From positions 49,545,753 to 49,609,752 of the forward strand of contig NC_057710.1 in the NCBI RefSeq assembly GCF_004010195.1: DNA of 64,000 nt, given 5' to 3'. Origin of the DNA: Chiloscyllium plagiosum. Lineage: Eukaryota. The position numbers were made by a program, and so were the translations under genes. Below the pieces are notes generated by a model. The model did no database searches. It was given only the letters and a program-made list of their open reading frames with translations, and was not told where the DNA came from. Of this stretch, positions 38,941 through 52,080 are shown piece by piece (the stretch's first letter is position 1; every line of letters starts with the position of its first letter).

Positions 38941-41900
38941 GTAAGAAGCATTCAGTGAGACTTAAGAGTCTCAAATGAAATTGTAAACACCAGAAACCAA
39001 ACTGATAGATTTCTTCTGCTGGAAGGAAGAATATAGCTGATGATGAACAATTTGTACAACAATTTGCTGCATTGTGCCAAATATTGAAAATCCGTCTGAG
39101 TGAAAACTAATGGCCTGACCTTCTTAACAAAGGAATAACACAGTTGATACAATCATTTGCAAATTAGGTGAAGAGAATTTTACATCAGCTATTTTTTTCA
39201 AGGGATCTGCATTTTATAGTTAAAGCATCTCTGATATTGCAATACAGTAAGAAGATATTAAGCTGTCAGTCTTCATTCACATTAACTCTATTTTAAACTA
39301 AAGGTGCATATCTAGGATTTTGAACCTGGTTCCTCAAGGTTTGAAAGACACTTTGTAAAATTCAAAATGTATCCTTTAGAAAAACAAAACAAATAAGACA
39401 GGATCTCGTTTTATTGTCACAGATGAATACAAAGGTGACATCAGTAATGCCACGAAACTGGTTTAACAACACAGGAACATTGGATTAATATACTAAAGGA
39501 GTGATTTATTGCTACAGGTCTTCTTCTAAACACTTGGCATTTATGTCACTTCGTCAGTAGTTTTGCAATTATTTCAACCAAGTTAAAGTGGAATAACCCT
39601 TCTTGGAATTTATGCTTCCCCATCCACACCAACAAGAAAATCCCACTTTATTTAGCAAAGGAGTGATAAATGCTGGAAAAGCTTACAAACAGAACATTAA
39701 GCCCAGGAAACTTAACCTTCTGAGAAACAGGTCAAGTAGGAAAATTTCCAGAGGAAATTCTGAAAAGATAAGATTAAATAAGTATTGTCAACAAAGCTGT
39801 ATATATGGTGGCAATCCATGTATTAGTGGAAATAAATCCAGAAGTAATCACAGCAGATAAATATTTTCATTATTTTAGACTTGAAAATGCATTGATAGGA
39901 GATTAATGTGCAAAGAATGTGTAGAAGGGTTTTAATTCCCTCAGAGTTCCAGAAACTGGGTCATTTAGACAATGGATTTGCCATTTCTTTCCCATCCCAT
40001 GGGTGGTTCAGGTCATAAACCTTAGGCTGGAGACTCATAAATCTGAGTTCGTAATATCAAGGGAATCAGGAAAATTTGGGCCATGGTGTTTTCCTCACAT
40101 GCAGTCAAGTTATGCAACTCAAGTCACTTCTGAGCATTTAAATGGAAATGTAGATTGACGACATGTTTAGATTCAGTGTTGTACTCAGATGGAGACAAAG
40201 GACAAATGAAGGTGCAGCCAATCTGAGGTTGAATACAAGATAGTTCTCCTGTTAAAGTAAAGTTAAAAATGTAGTCACTTGTCCAGTTGTCAGTACCATC
40301 TAGTTGATACTGAATTTTCTGAACGTGCTTGCTTTATGTTTGGCATTCAGAGAAATATATAGTTCAAATAAACTGACAAGGCTGAAAGATCCTATTGTCT
40401 GCGACTAGAAAACCCAAAACACAGCATCTTGAAGTTTTTCCACAGACCAATTAGTTTACCTTACTTAATGTCAATTCCTTGATTTACTTACAATGGCAGA
40501 GAAAAACCATTTAACATAAATAGCTTAATAATTCAGTTGGACCACAGTACCAATGGGTTGGAAAGCAGAAACATGAAAGGAGATTTTTAATTGTGATGGA
40601 AAGCTAAATGCATATGAAGCCAACACTGGCAACTGCAAGGAGAGAGCCAGGCTGAGATGAGTGAACAATAAATCACCACAAAACAACAAATGGGTGGCTT
40701 GCAGTGAATCACCAGTGAAATCTGAAACACCAGGAAGCAATGCAACACCAGAGAACAGTGAACCACCAGAGAAATGTGAAACATCAGGGAATAATGAAAA
40801 CAAGGGAACAATGAAACACCAGGGAACATTGGAAAAGAAGGGAATAATGAAACAACAAGGATTAACGAAAGACGAGGGAACAGTGCAACACCAGGGAGGA
40901 GTGAAACACCAGAGAACAGTGCAATACCAGGGAAGAATGAAAAACCAGGGAACATTGGATCACGAGAGAACAGTGAAACACCAGGAAACGGTGAAACACC
41001 AGGGAATAATGAAACACCAGGGAAAGGTGGAAGACCAGGAAATAACGAAACACCAGCAAACAGTGAAACACCAGGGAACAGTGAAACACCAGGGAATAAT
41101 GAATCACAGGGGAACAAGAAATCACTGAGGAAGAGGGAAACACCAGGGAACAGTCAGGCACCAGAGAACAGTGAAAGGCCAGGGAATGATGAAACACCAG
41201 CGAATGAAAAAACACCAGGGAACACTGAAACACCAGGGAACAGTGAAACACCAGGGAACAGTGAAACACCAGGGAATAATGAATGTCCAGGGAACAATGA
41301 AACACCACAGAAAAGTGAAACAACACAGAACAGTGAAACACCAGGGAATAATGCAACACCAGGGAACAGTGAAACACCAGGGAATAATAAAACACCAGGG
41401 AAAAGTGCAACACCAGGGAACAGTGAAACATCAGGGAACAATGAAAGACCAGGGAATAATGAAACACCAGGTAATAGTGAAACACCAGGGAATAATGAAA
41501 CGCCAGGGAATAATGCAACACCATGGAACAATGAAACACTAGGGAACAGTGAAAGATCAAGCAATAATGAAACGCCAGGGAAAAATGAAACACCGGGGAA
41601 CAGTGAATCACTGAGGAAGAGGGAAACATCAAGGAACAGTGAAATACCAGGGAACAATGAAAGACCAGGGAACACTGAAATAATGGGGAACAGTGAAACA
41701 CCCGGGAATAATGAAACACCAGGGAATAATGAATGTCCAGGGAACACTGAAACAACCAGAACAGTGAAACAGCAGGAAACAGTGCAACACCAGGGAATAA
41801 TGAAACACCAAAGAATGGTAAAACACCAGGGAATAATGAAACACCAGGGAATAATGAAACACCAGAAAACAGTGAAACATCAGGGAACACTGCAACACCA

Positions 41901-43052
41901 GGGAATAATGAAACACAAGGGAATAATTGATATACCAGGGAACAGTGACACACCATGGAACAGTGAATCACCAGGAGAAAATGGAACCCAGGAAAAAATG
42001 AAAGACCAGGAAATAATGAAATACCAGGGAATAGTGAAATACCAGGGAATACTGAAACACCAGGGAAAGGTGAAACAACAGCAAACAGTGAAACACCAGG
42101 GAATAAGGAAACACCAGAGAAATGAAACACAAGGGAACAATGAAACACCAGGGAACACTGAAACAACAGGGAACAGTGAGACACCAGGGAATAATGAATG
42201 TCCAGGGAACACTGAAACAACACAGAACAGAGAAACAGCAGGGAACAGTGCAACACCAGAGAATAATGAACCACCAGAGAATGGTAAAACATCAGAGAAC
42301 AATGAAACACTGGGGAATAATGAAACACCAGGGAACAGTGAAACACCAGGAAACAGTGAAACATCAGGGAACAATGAAACACCGGGAATCAATGAATCAT
42401 TGGGGAAGAGGGAAACACAAGGGAACAGTGAGGCACCAGAGAATAGTGAAAGACCAGGGAATAATGAAACTCCAGGGAACAATAAATCACTAGGGAACAA
42501 TGAAACACCATGGAACAGTGAAACACCAGGGGATAACGAAACACCACAGAATAATGAAACACTTGAGAATAATGAAAGACCAGGGTATAATGAAAAACCA
42601 GGAACACTGAAACACCAGGAAATAATGAAACACCAGGGACTAATGACACACCAGGAAACACTGAGACAACAGGAACAGTGAATCACCAGGCAAGAGTGAA
42701 ACACTCAGGGAAGATTGAAACACCAGGGAACAATGTAACACAAGCGAACAGTGAAAGGCCACGGAATAATGAAAAAAAACAGGGAATAATGAGGCACCTG
42801 GGAAGAGTGACACACCAGGGAATAATTAAACACAAGCGAACAGTGAAACACGAGGGAATAATGAGACACTATGGAACAGTGAAACACCAGGGAGTAATGA
42901 AAAAGAAGGGAACAGTGAAGACCAGGGAACGGTGAAACAAGGAACAGCGAAACACCGGGGAACATTGAATCACCAGGGAATAGTAAAACACCAGGGAACA
43001 GTGAAACACCAGGGAACAGTGAAACACCAGGGAATAATGAAACACCAGGGAA

Positions 43053-43059
43053 NNNNNNN
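43053..43059. other. Assembly gap (7 N) within the most homogeneous part of the array
   Basis: Run of N flanked by near-consensus units. Confidence 1.
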
Positions 43060-46000
43060 AATGAAACACCAGGGAACAGTGAAACACCAGGGAACAGTGA
43101 AACACCAGGGAACATTGAATCACCAGGGAACAATGAAACACCAGGGAACAGTGAATCACCAGGGAACAGTGAAAAACCAGGGAACAGTGAAACACCAGGG
43201 AATAATGAAACACCAGGGAACAGTGAAACACCAGGGAACAGTGAAACACCAGGGAACAGTGAATCACCAGGGAATAGTAAAACACCAGGGAACAGTGAAA
43301 AACCAGGGAACAGTGAAACACCAGGGAATATTGAATCACCAGGGAATAGTGAAACACCAGTGAAGAGTGAAACAACAGGGAATAATGAAACAACAGGGGA
43401 ATAGTGAAACACCTGCGTATAATGTAACACCAAGGAATATTGAGACACCAGGGAACAGTGAAATACCAGGGAATAATGAAATATCCAGAACAGTGAAACA
43501 CCAGGGAACAGTGAAAGACCCACGGACACTGCAAAACCAGGGAACAGTGAAACACTCAGGAATAATGAAACACCAGGGAACAGTGAATCAGCAATGTACA
43601 GCAAAACACCAGGGAATAATGAATCAGCCGTGAACTGTGAAATACCAGGGGACAGTGAATTACCAGGGAATAATGAATCAGCTGGGATCAGTGAACCCCA
43701 CAGAATAATGAAACACCGGGGATCAGTGAAACACCAGGAAATAGTGAAAAGCCAGGGAATAGTGAAACCCCAGGAAACAATGAAACACTGAGAACAGTAA
43801 AACACCAGGGAATAATGAAACACCAGGAAATAATGAAACACCAGAGAATGGTAAAACTCCAGGGAACACTGAAACACTAGGGAATAATGCAAGACCAGGG
43901 AATAATGAAACACCTGGGAACATTGGACCAGCAGAGAATTGTGAAAAAACAGGGAACAGTGAAACACCAGGGAATAATGAAACAACAGGGAACATTGGAC
44001 AACCAGGGAATAATGAAACAACAGGGAACAGTGGACAACCAGGGAATAATGAAACAACAGGGAACATTGGACAACCAGAGGGAATAATGAAACAACAGGG
44101 AACATTGGACAACCAGGGAATAATGAAACAACAGGGAACAGTGAAACAAAAGGGAACTGTGAAAAACCTGTAAATAATGAAACACCATGGAATACTAACA
44201 CCCCAGGGAATACTGAGACCTCAGGGAATAATAAAACACCAGGGAACAGTGAAACACAAGGGAATAATGAAACACCAGGGAACACAAACAACAGGAACAG
44301 GGAATCACCAGGGAAGAGTGAAACACTCAGGGAATATTGAAAAACCAGGGAACAATGTAACACAAGCGAACAGTGAAAGGCCAGGGAATAATGAAAAAAA
44401 AATCAGGGAATAATGAGACACCCGGGAACAGTGAATCACCAGGGAATAATGAAACACCAGGGAATAATGAATCATCAGGGAACAGTGAATAATGCAACAC
44501 CAGGGAACAGTGCAACACCAGCAAAAAGCGAAACACTAGGGGACAATGAAACACTGGGAATAGTGAATCACCAGGGAATAATGAAACACCAGGGAACAGT
44601 GAAACAGGAGGGAATAATGCAACACAAGTGAACAGTGAAACACCAAGGAATAATGAATGTCCAAGGAGCAATGAAACACCACAGAACAGTGCAATAACAC
44701 AGAACAGTGAAACACCAGTGAATCGTGGAATACCAGGGAATAACGAAACAGCAGGGAACAGTAAAACAACAGGGAATAATGAAACACCAGGGAACACTGA
44801 AACACCAGGGAATAATGAAACAACAGGGAATAATGGAACACCAGGGAATAATGAAACACCAGGGAATAATGAAACACCAGGGAATAATGAAACGCCAGGG
44901 AATAATGAAACAACAGGGAATAATGGAACATCAGGGAATAATGAAACACTAGGGAACAGTGAAACACCAGGGAACAGTGAAATACTTGGGAATAATGAAA
45001 CACCAGGGAATAATGGAACACCAGGGAACACTGAAACACCATGGAACAGTAAAACAACAGGGAATAATAAAACACCAGGGAACAGTGAAATAACAGGGAA
45101 CAGTGAAACATCAGGGAACAATTAAACACCGGAAATCAATGAATTATTGGAGAAGAGGGAAATACAAGTGAATAGTGAGGCACCAGAGAAGAGTGAAAAG
45201 CCAGGGAATAATGAAACACAAGGGAACAATGAAACGCCAGGGAACAGTGGAAAACAAGGGCGAAAAATGAAACAACAGGGATTAATGAAACACCAGAGAA
45301 TGGTAAAACATCAGAAAACAATGAAACACTGGGGAATAATAAAACATCAGGGAATAATGCAACACCAGGAAACAGTGAAACATCAGGAAACAGTGAAACA
45401 TCAGGGAACAATGAAACACCGGGAATCAATGAATCATTGGGGAAGAGGGAAACACAAGGGAACAGTGAAGCATGAGAGAATAGTGAAAGACCAGGGAATA
45501 ATGAAACTCCAGAGAACAATAAATCACTAGGGAACAATGAAACACCAGGGGACAGTGAAACACCAGAGAATGGTAAAACACCAGGGAACAATGAAACACT
45601 GGGGAATAATAAAACACCAGGGTGTAATGAAACACCAGGGAATAATGAAAAACCAGGAACACTGAAACACCAGGGAATAGTGAAATGCCAGGGAACAGTG
45701 AAACACAGGGAATAATGATACACCTGAGAACAGTGAAACATCAGGGAGCATTGAATCACCAGCGAACAGCGAAATGTCAGGGAAAAATAAAAAGAACAGA
45801 GAACAGTAAAACACCAGGGAACAATCAAATAACAAGGAACAGTGAATCACTGGGGAAGAGGGAAATATGAGGGAACAGTGAGGTACCAGAGAACAACGAA
45901 ACACCAGAGAATAATGAAACATCAGGGAATAATGAAGGACCAGGGAATAATAAAACACCAGGAAACAGTGAAACAGCAGGCAACAGTGAAATATCATGAA

Positions 46001-47706
46001 ATACAAACACCACGCAATAATGAAATACAACGGAATAATGAAACACCACGGAATAGTGAAGCACCTGGGAATAATAAAACACCAGGGAACACTGAAACAC
46101 CAGGGAACAGTTAAACACTGGGGAATAATGAATCACCAGGGAACACTGAAACACCAGGGAATAATGAATCAGGAGGGAGTAATAAAACACCAGGAGCAGT
46201 GAAACACCAGGGAACAATGCAACACCAGGGAACAGTACAACACCAGGGAACAGTGCAACACCAGGGAACAGTGCAACACCAGGGAACAGTGCAACACCAG
46301 GGAATAATGAATGTCCAGGGAATAATGAAACACCACAGAACAGTGCAACAACTCAGAACAGATAAACGCCAGGGAATGCTGGAACACCAGGGAATACTGG
46401 AACACCAGGAACAGTAAAACAACAGGGAATATTGAAATGTCAGGGAATAATGGAACACCAGGGAATAATGAAACATCAGGGAATAATGGAACACCAGAGA
46501 TTAATGAAACACAAGGGAACAGTAAAACAACAGAGAATAATGAAACACCAGGGAACACTGAAACACCAGGGAACACTGAAACACCAGGGAACAATGCAAC
46601 ACCAGGGAACACTGAAATAACACAGAACAGTGAAACAACAGGGAATAATGAAACTCCAGGGAATAATGAATGTCCAGCGAACAATGAAACGCCAGGGAAT
46701 ATTGAAACTCCAGGAACAGTGAAACACAGGGAGTAATGAAACACTCGGGAATAATGAAATGCCAGGCAACAATGAAAGGCCAGGGTATAGTGAAACACCA
46801 GGGAAAAGTGAAACATAGGGGAACAGTGAATCACTGGGGAAGAGGGAAACACCAGGGAACAGTCAGGAACCAGAGAACAATAAAAGGACATGGGAATGAT
46901 GAAACACCAGAGCATGATATAACACCAGGGAACACTGAAACACGAGGGAATAATGAAAGACCAAGGAACAGTGAAACACCAGGGAACCAGTAAAACACCA
47001 GGGAATAATGGAACACCAGGGAACAGTGAAACAACAACAGGGAACAATGAAACACCAGTGAATAATGAAACGTCAGTGAATAATGAAACACATGAGAACA
47101 ATGAAACGCCAGGGAACAGTGGAAAACAAGGGAAAAATGATCCAGCAGGGATTAATGAAAGACGAGGGAACAACGAAACACCAGGGAACAGTGAAACACC
47201 AGGGAATAATAAAACACAAGGGAGTATTTGAAACACCAGGGAACAGTGACACACCATGGAACAGTGAATCACCAGGAGAAAATGGAACCCAGGAAAAAAT
47301 GAAAGACCAGGAAATAATGAAACACCAGGGAATAGTAAAATACCAGGGAATGCTGAAACACCTGGGAAAGGTGAAACACCAGCAAACAGTGAAATACCAG
47401 AGAACAGTGAAAGAACGGGGAACACCAGGGAATAAGGAAACACCAGGGAAGTGAAACATGAGGGAACAATGAAACACCAGTGAACAATGAAACACCAGGG
47501 AACAGTGAAAGAATGGGGAACATTTAAAAAACATTAGGGAACAATGAAACATGAGGGAATAATGAAACGCCAGGGAATAATGCAACACCAGGGAACAGTG
47601 AAATACCAGGGAACAGTGAAGCATCAGGGTACAATGAAACACTGGAAATCAATGAATCATTGGGGAAGAGGGAAACACAAGGGAACAGTGAGGCACTAAC
47701 GAATAG

Positions 47707-48028
47707 GGGTGGGACGGTGGCACAATGGTTAGCATTGCTGCCTCATCAGCGCCAGAGACCCGGGTTCAATTCCCACCTCAGGCTACCGACTGTGTGGAGT
47801 TTGCACATTCTCTCCGTGTCTGCATGAGTTTCCCCCAGGTGCTCCGGTTTCCTCCCACAGTCCAAAAATGTACAGGTTAGGTGAATTGGCCATGCTAAAT
47901 TGCCTGTAGTGTCAGGTGTAGGGGTAAATGTAGGGGAATGGGTCTGGGTGCGTTGCACTTCATCGAGTCGGTGTGGACTTGTTGGGCCAAAGGGCCTGTT
48001 TCCACACTGGAAGTAAATAATCTAATCT
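47707..48028 (+). mobile_element. HE1-type V-SINE, full length, inside the array
   Basis: A box TGGCACAATGG, B box GGTTCAATTCC, V-domain, TAATCTAATCT tail. Confidence 0.92.
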
Positions 48029-49178
48029 GTTTTAAATAATGAAACTCTAGGGAACAATGAGATACCAGGAAACAGTGAAACACCAGAGGATAATGAAAAA
48101 CCATAGAATAATGAAACACCAGGGAATAATGAAACACAAGGGACTAATGACACACCAGGAAACAGTGAAACAGCAGGGAAAAATGAAACACAAGGGAATA
48201 ATCGAAACACTATGGAACAGTGAATCACCAGGGAAAAGCGAAAGACCAGGGAATAGTGAAATACCAGGAACACTGAAAAAACAGGGAATAATGAAGCACA
48301 ATGGAATAATGAAACACCACGGAACACCGAAATACCAGGGAATAATGAAACATCAGGGAACAGTGAAACACCACGGATTAACAAAACACCAGGGAATAAT
48401 CAAATACCAGAGAATGGTAAAACAGCAGGGAACAATGAAAGACTAGGGAATAATGAAATGCCAGGGAATATTGCAACATCAGGGAACAATGAAACACCAG
48501 GAATCAATTAATCATTGGGGAAGAGGGTAACACAAGGTAACAGTGGGGCACCAGAGAATAGTGAAAGACCAGGGAACAATAAATCACTAGGGAACAGTGA
48601 AACACCAGGGGATAATGAAATGCCAGGGAACAGTGAAACAACAGGGACTAATGACACACCAGGAAACAATAAAACACCAGGGAACAGTGAACCACCAGGA
48701 AACAGTTAAACGTCAAACAGCAGGGATCAGTGAAACACATGGGAACAGTGAAAGACCCGTGAACACTGCCACACCTGGGAACAGTGAAACACTCAGGAAT
48801 AATGAAACACTCAGGAATAGTGAAACATCAGGGAATAATGATACACCTGAGAATAGTGAAACATCAGGGAATAATGATACACCTGAGAATAGTGAAACAT
48901 CAGAGAGCATTGAATCACCAGCGAACAAAAAAAAACAGAGAACAGTGAAACACCAGGGAACAATGAAAGAACAGGGAACAGTGAATCACTGGGGAAGAGG
49001 GAAACACGAGGGAACAGTGAGGTACCAGAGAACAATGAAACACCAGAGAATAATGAAACATCAGGGAATAATGAAGGACCAGGGAATAATGAAACACCAG
49101 GAAACAGTGAAACAGCAGGCAACAGTGAAATATCATGAAATACAAACACCACGCAATAATGAAACACCAGAGAATAAT

Positions 49179-49459
49179 TAGATTACATTACTTACTTTCA
49201 GTGTGGAAACAGGCCCTTCGGCCCAACAAGTCCACACCGACCCGCAACCCACTCCCCTACATTTACCCCTTCACCTAACACTACGGGCAATTTAGCATGA
49301 CCAATTCACCTAACCTGCACATTTTTGGACTGTGGGAGGAAACCCACGCAGGCACAGGGAGAATGTGCAAACTCCACACAGTCGCCTGAGGCGGGAATTG
49401 AACCCAGGTCTCTGGCACTGTGAGGCAGCAGTGCTAACCACTGTGCCACCGTGCCACCC
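49179..49459 (-). mobile_element. HE1-type V-SINE inside the array
   Basis: Reverse head, V-domain and tail. Confidence 0.92.
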
Positions 49460-51815
49460 AGGAGGGAGTAATGAAACACCAGGTGCAGTGAAACACCAGG
49501 GAACAGTGAATAATGCAACACCAGCAAACAGCGAAACTCTAGGGAAAAATGAAACACTGGGAATAGTGAAACACCAGGAAATAACGAATCACCAGGGAAC
49601 AGTGAAACAGTAGGAATAATGAAACACCAAGGAATAATGAATCTCCAGGGAATAGTGAGACAACAGGGAATAATGAAACACCATGGAATAGTGAAGGACC
49701 AGAGAATAATGATACAGCTGGGAACAGTGAAACACCAGGAAACCATGAACCACCAGATAACAGTGAAAGACCAGGGAACAGTGAAATACCATGGAAAAAT
49801 GAAACACCAGTGAATATTGAAAATCCAGGTACAGTGAAGCATCATGGAATAAAAACATCAGGGACCAATGAATCACCAGGAAATAATGAATCACCAGGGA
49901 ACTGTGAATCAACAGGGGACAGTGAAACAACAGAGAATAAAGTTACACCACGGAATAATGAAACATCAGGGATTAATGAAATACCAGGAAGCCAGTGAAA
50001 CACAGGGAACAGAGAAAGACCAGGGAATAATGAAATACTAGGGAATAGTAAAACACCCAGGAATAATGAAAGAAAATGGAATAGCAAAACACCAGGGAAT
50101 AATGAATCACCAGGGAACAGTAAAATATGGGGGAACAGTAAAATATGGGGGAACAATGAAACACTGGGAATAATGAAATTCCAGAGAATAATGAAATACC
50201 AGGGAACTGTGATACATCAGGGAAAAGTTAAACACCAGGTAATAATTAAACAGGGAACAGTGAAAGAATAGGGAATAAAGAAACATCAGGAAACAGTGAA
50301 ACACCAGGGAATAATGATACACCAAGGAATGGTGGAACACCAGGGGAAAAAGAAACACCAGGGAACAATGAAATAACAGTTAACAGTGAGAAAACAGGGA
50401 ACAGTGAAAAACCAGTGAATAATGAAACACCAGGGAATGGCGGATCACCAGGGAAAGATGAAGCACCAGGGAACAATGAAACACCAGCGATGACCGAAAC
50501 ACCATGGAATAATGAAACACCAGGGAAAAGTGAATCACCAGGGAACAGTGAAACAGTAGGGAATGATAAAAAGAACAGGGAAGAGTGAAAAACCAGGGAA
50601 TAATGAAATACTCGGGAATAATGAAATACCAGGGAGCAGTGAATCACCAGTGAACAGTAAAACACCAGGGAGTAATTAATTAGTTGGGATCAGTGAAACA
50701 CCGTAAAACAGTGTCAGACCAGGGATTGATGAAACATCAGGGAACAGCGAAACACTCGGGAATAATGCAACACTCGGGAACAGTGAATCACCAGTAAGCA
50801 GTAAAACACAAGGAAATAATGAGTCAGCCATGAAAGGTGAAACACCAGGGAACAGTGAAATACCAGGGAATATTAAATCAGCTGGGAACAGTGAACACCG
50901 TGGAATAATGAACACTGAGGAAGAGTGAAACACTAGGAAACAGTGAAAACACTAGGAAACAGTGAAACACCAGGGAAAGATGAAACACCAAGGAAAAGTG
51001 AAACACTAGTGAACAATGAAACATTGGGAATAGTGAAACACCAGGGAACAGTGAAACAGAAGGGAACAGTGAAACACCAGGGAACAGTGAAAACCCATGG
51101 AATAATGAAACACAAGGGAACAGTTAAACACCAGGAAATAATGAATCTCCAGGGAATAATGAGACAACAGGGAGTAATGAAACACCAGAGAACGGTGAAA
51201 AAAAAGGGTATAATGGAACACCAGGGGAAAACGAAACAGCAGGGGACAGTGAAACACTCGGGAATAACAAAACACCAGTTGAATAATGAATCACGAGGGA
51301 ACAGTGAAACACCAGGAAACAGTGAAACCCAGGTAATAATGAAACACCAGGAAACAGTGAAATACCAGGGTAGGGTGAAACACCAGGGAATGGTGGAACA
51401 CCAGGGAATAATGAAACACCAGGGAACAGTGAAACACTCGGCAATAATGAAACACCAGGGAATTATGAAACACCAAGGGACAATGAAATACCAGGAAACA
51501 ACGAAACACCAAGGAAGAGTGAAATGCCAGGAAACAGTGAAACACCAAGGGACAGTGAAAAATCACGGAATAATGACTCAGCCAGGAACAGTGAAATACC
51601 AGGAAACAGTGAAACATCAGGAAATAATGAAACACAAGGGAACAGTTAAACACCAGGAAACAGTGAAGCATGACGGAATAATTACACACCAGTGAACAGT
51701 TAAACAGCAGGGAATAATGAATCACCAGGGAACAGTGAAAAACGAAACACCAAGGAGTAATGAAACACCAGAGAATTATGAAAATCCATGGAACAGTGAA
51801 ACACTAAGGGATAAT

Positions 51816-52080
51816 TAGATTACATTACTTACAGTGTGGAAACAGGCCCTTCGGTCAAACAAGCCGAAGCACAACCCACCCAGACCCATTCCCATACACC
51901 TAACACTATAAGCAATTTAGCATGGCCAATTCATCAGCCCTGCACATTTTTGGACCATGGGAGGAAACCCACGCAGACACGGCGAGAATGTGCAAACTCC
52001 ACACAGTCAGTCGTCTGAGACCGGAATTGAACCCGGGTCTCTGGCGCTGTGAGGCAGCAGTGCTAACCACTGTGCCACCC
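51816..52080 (-). mobile_element. HE1-type V-SINE inside the array, with the same junctions as 49179-49459
   Basis: Reverse head, V-domain and tail; shared flanks ATAAT and AGGAGGGAGTAATGAAACACC. Confidence 0.92.

Noticed and set aside
1402-40525. Short 60-140-aa ORFs in the unique DNA as host exons
   Set aside because: They show no recognisable non-TE protein similarity and no supportable splice structure. Small exons or conserved non-coding elements cannot be excluded without alignment.
47707-47780. tRNA gene (A and B boxes present)
   Set aside because: It is the tRNA-derived head of an HE1 SINE, continuous with the V-domain and tail.
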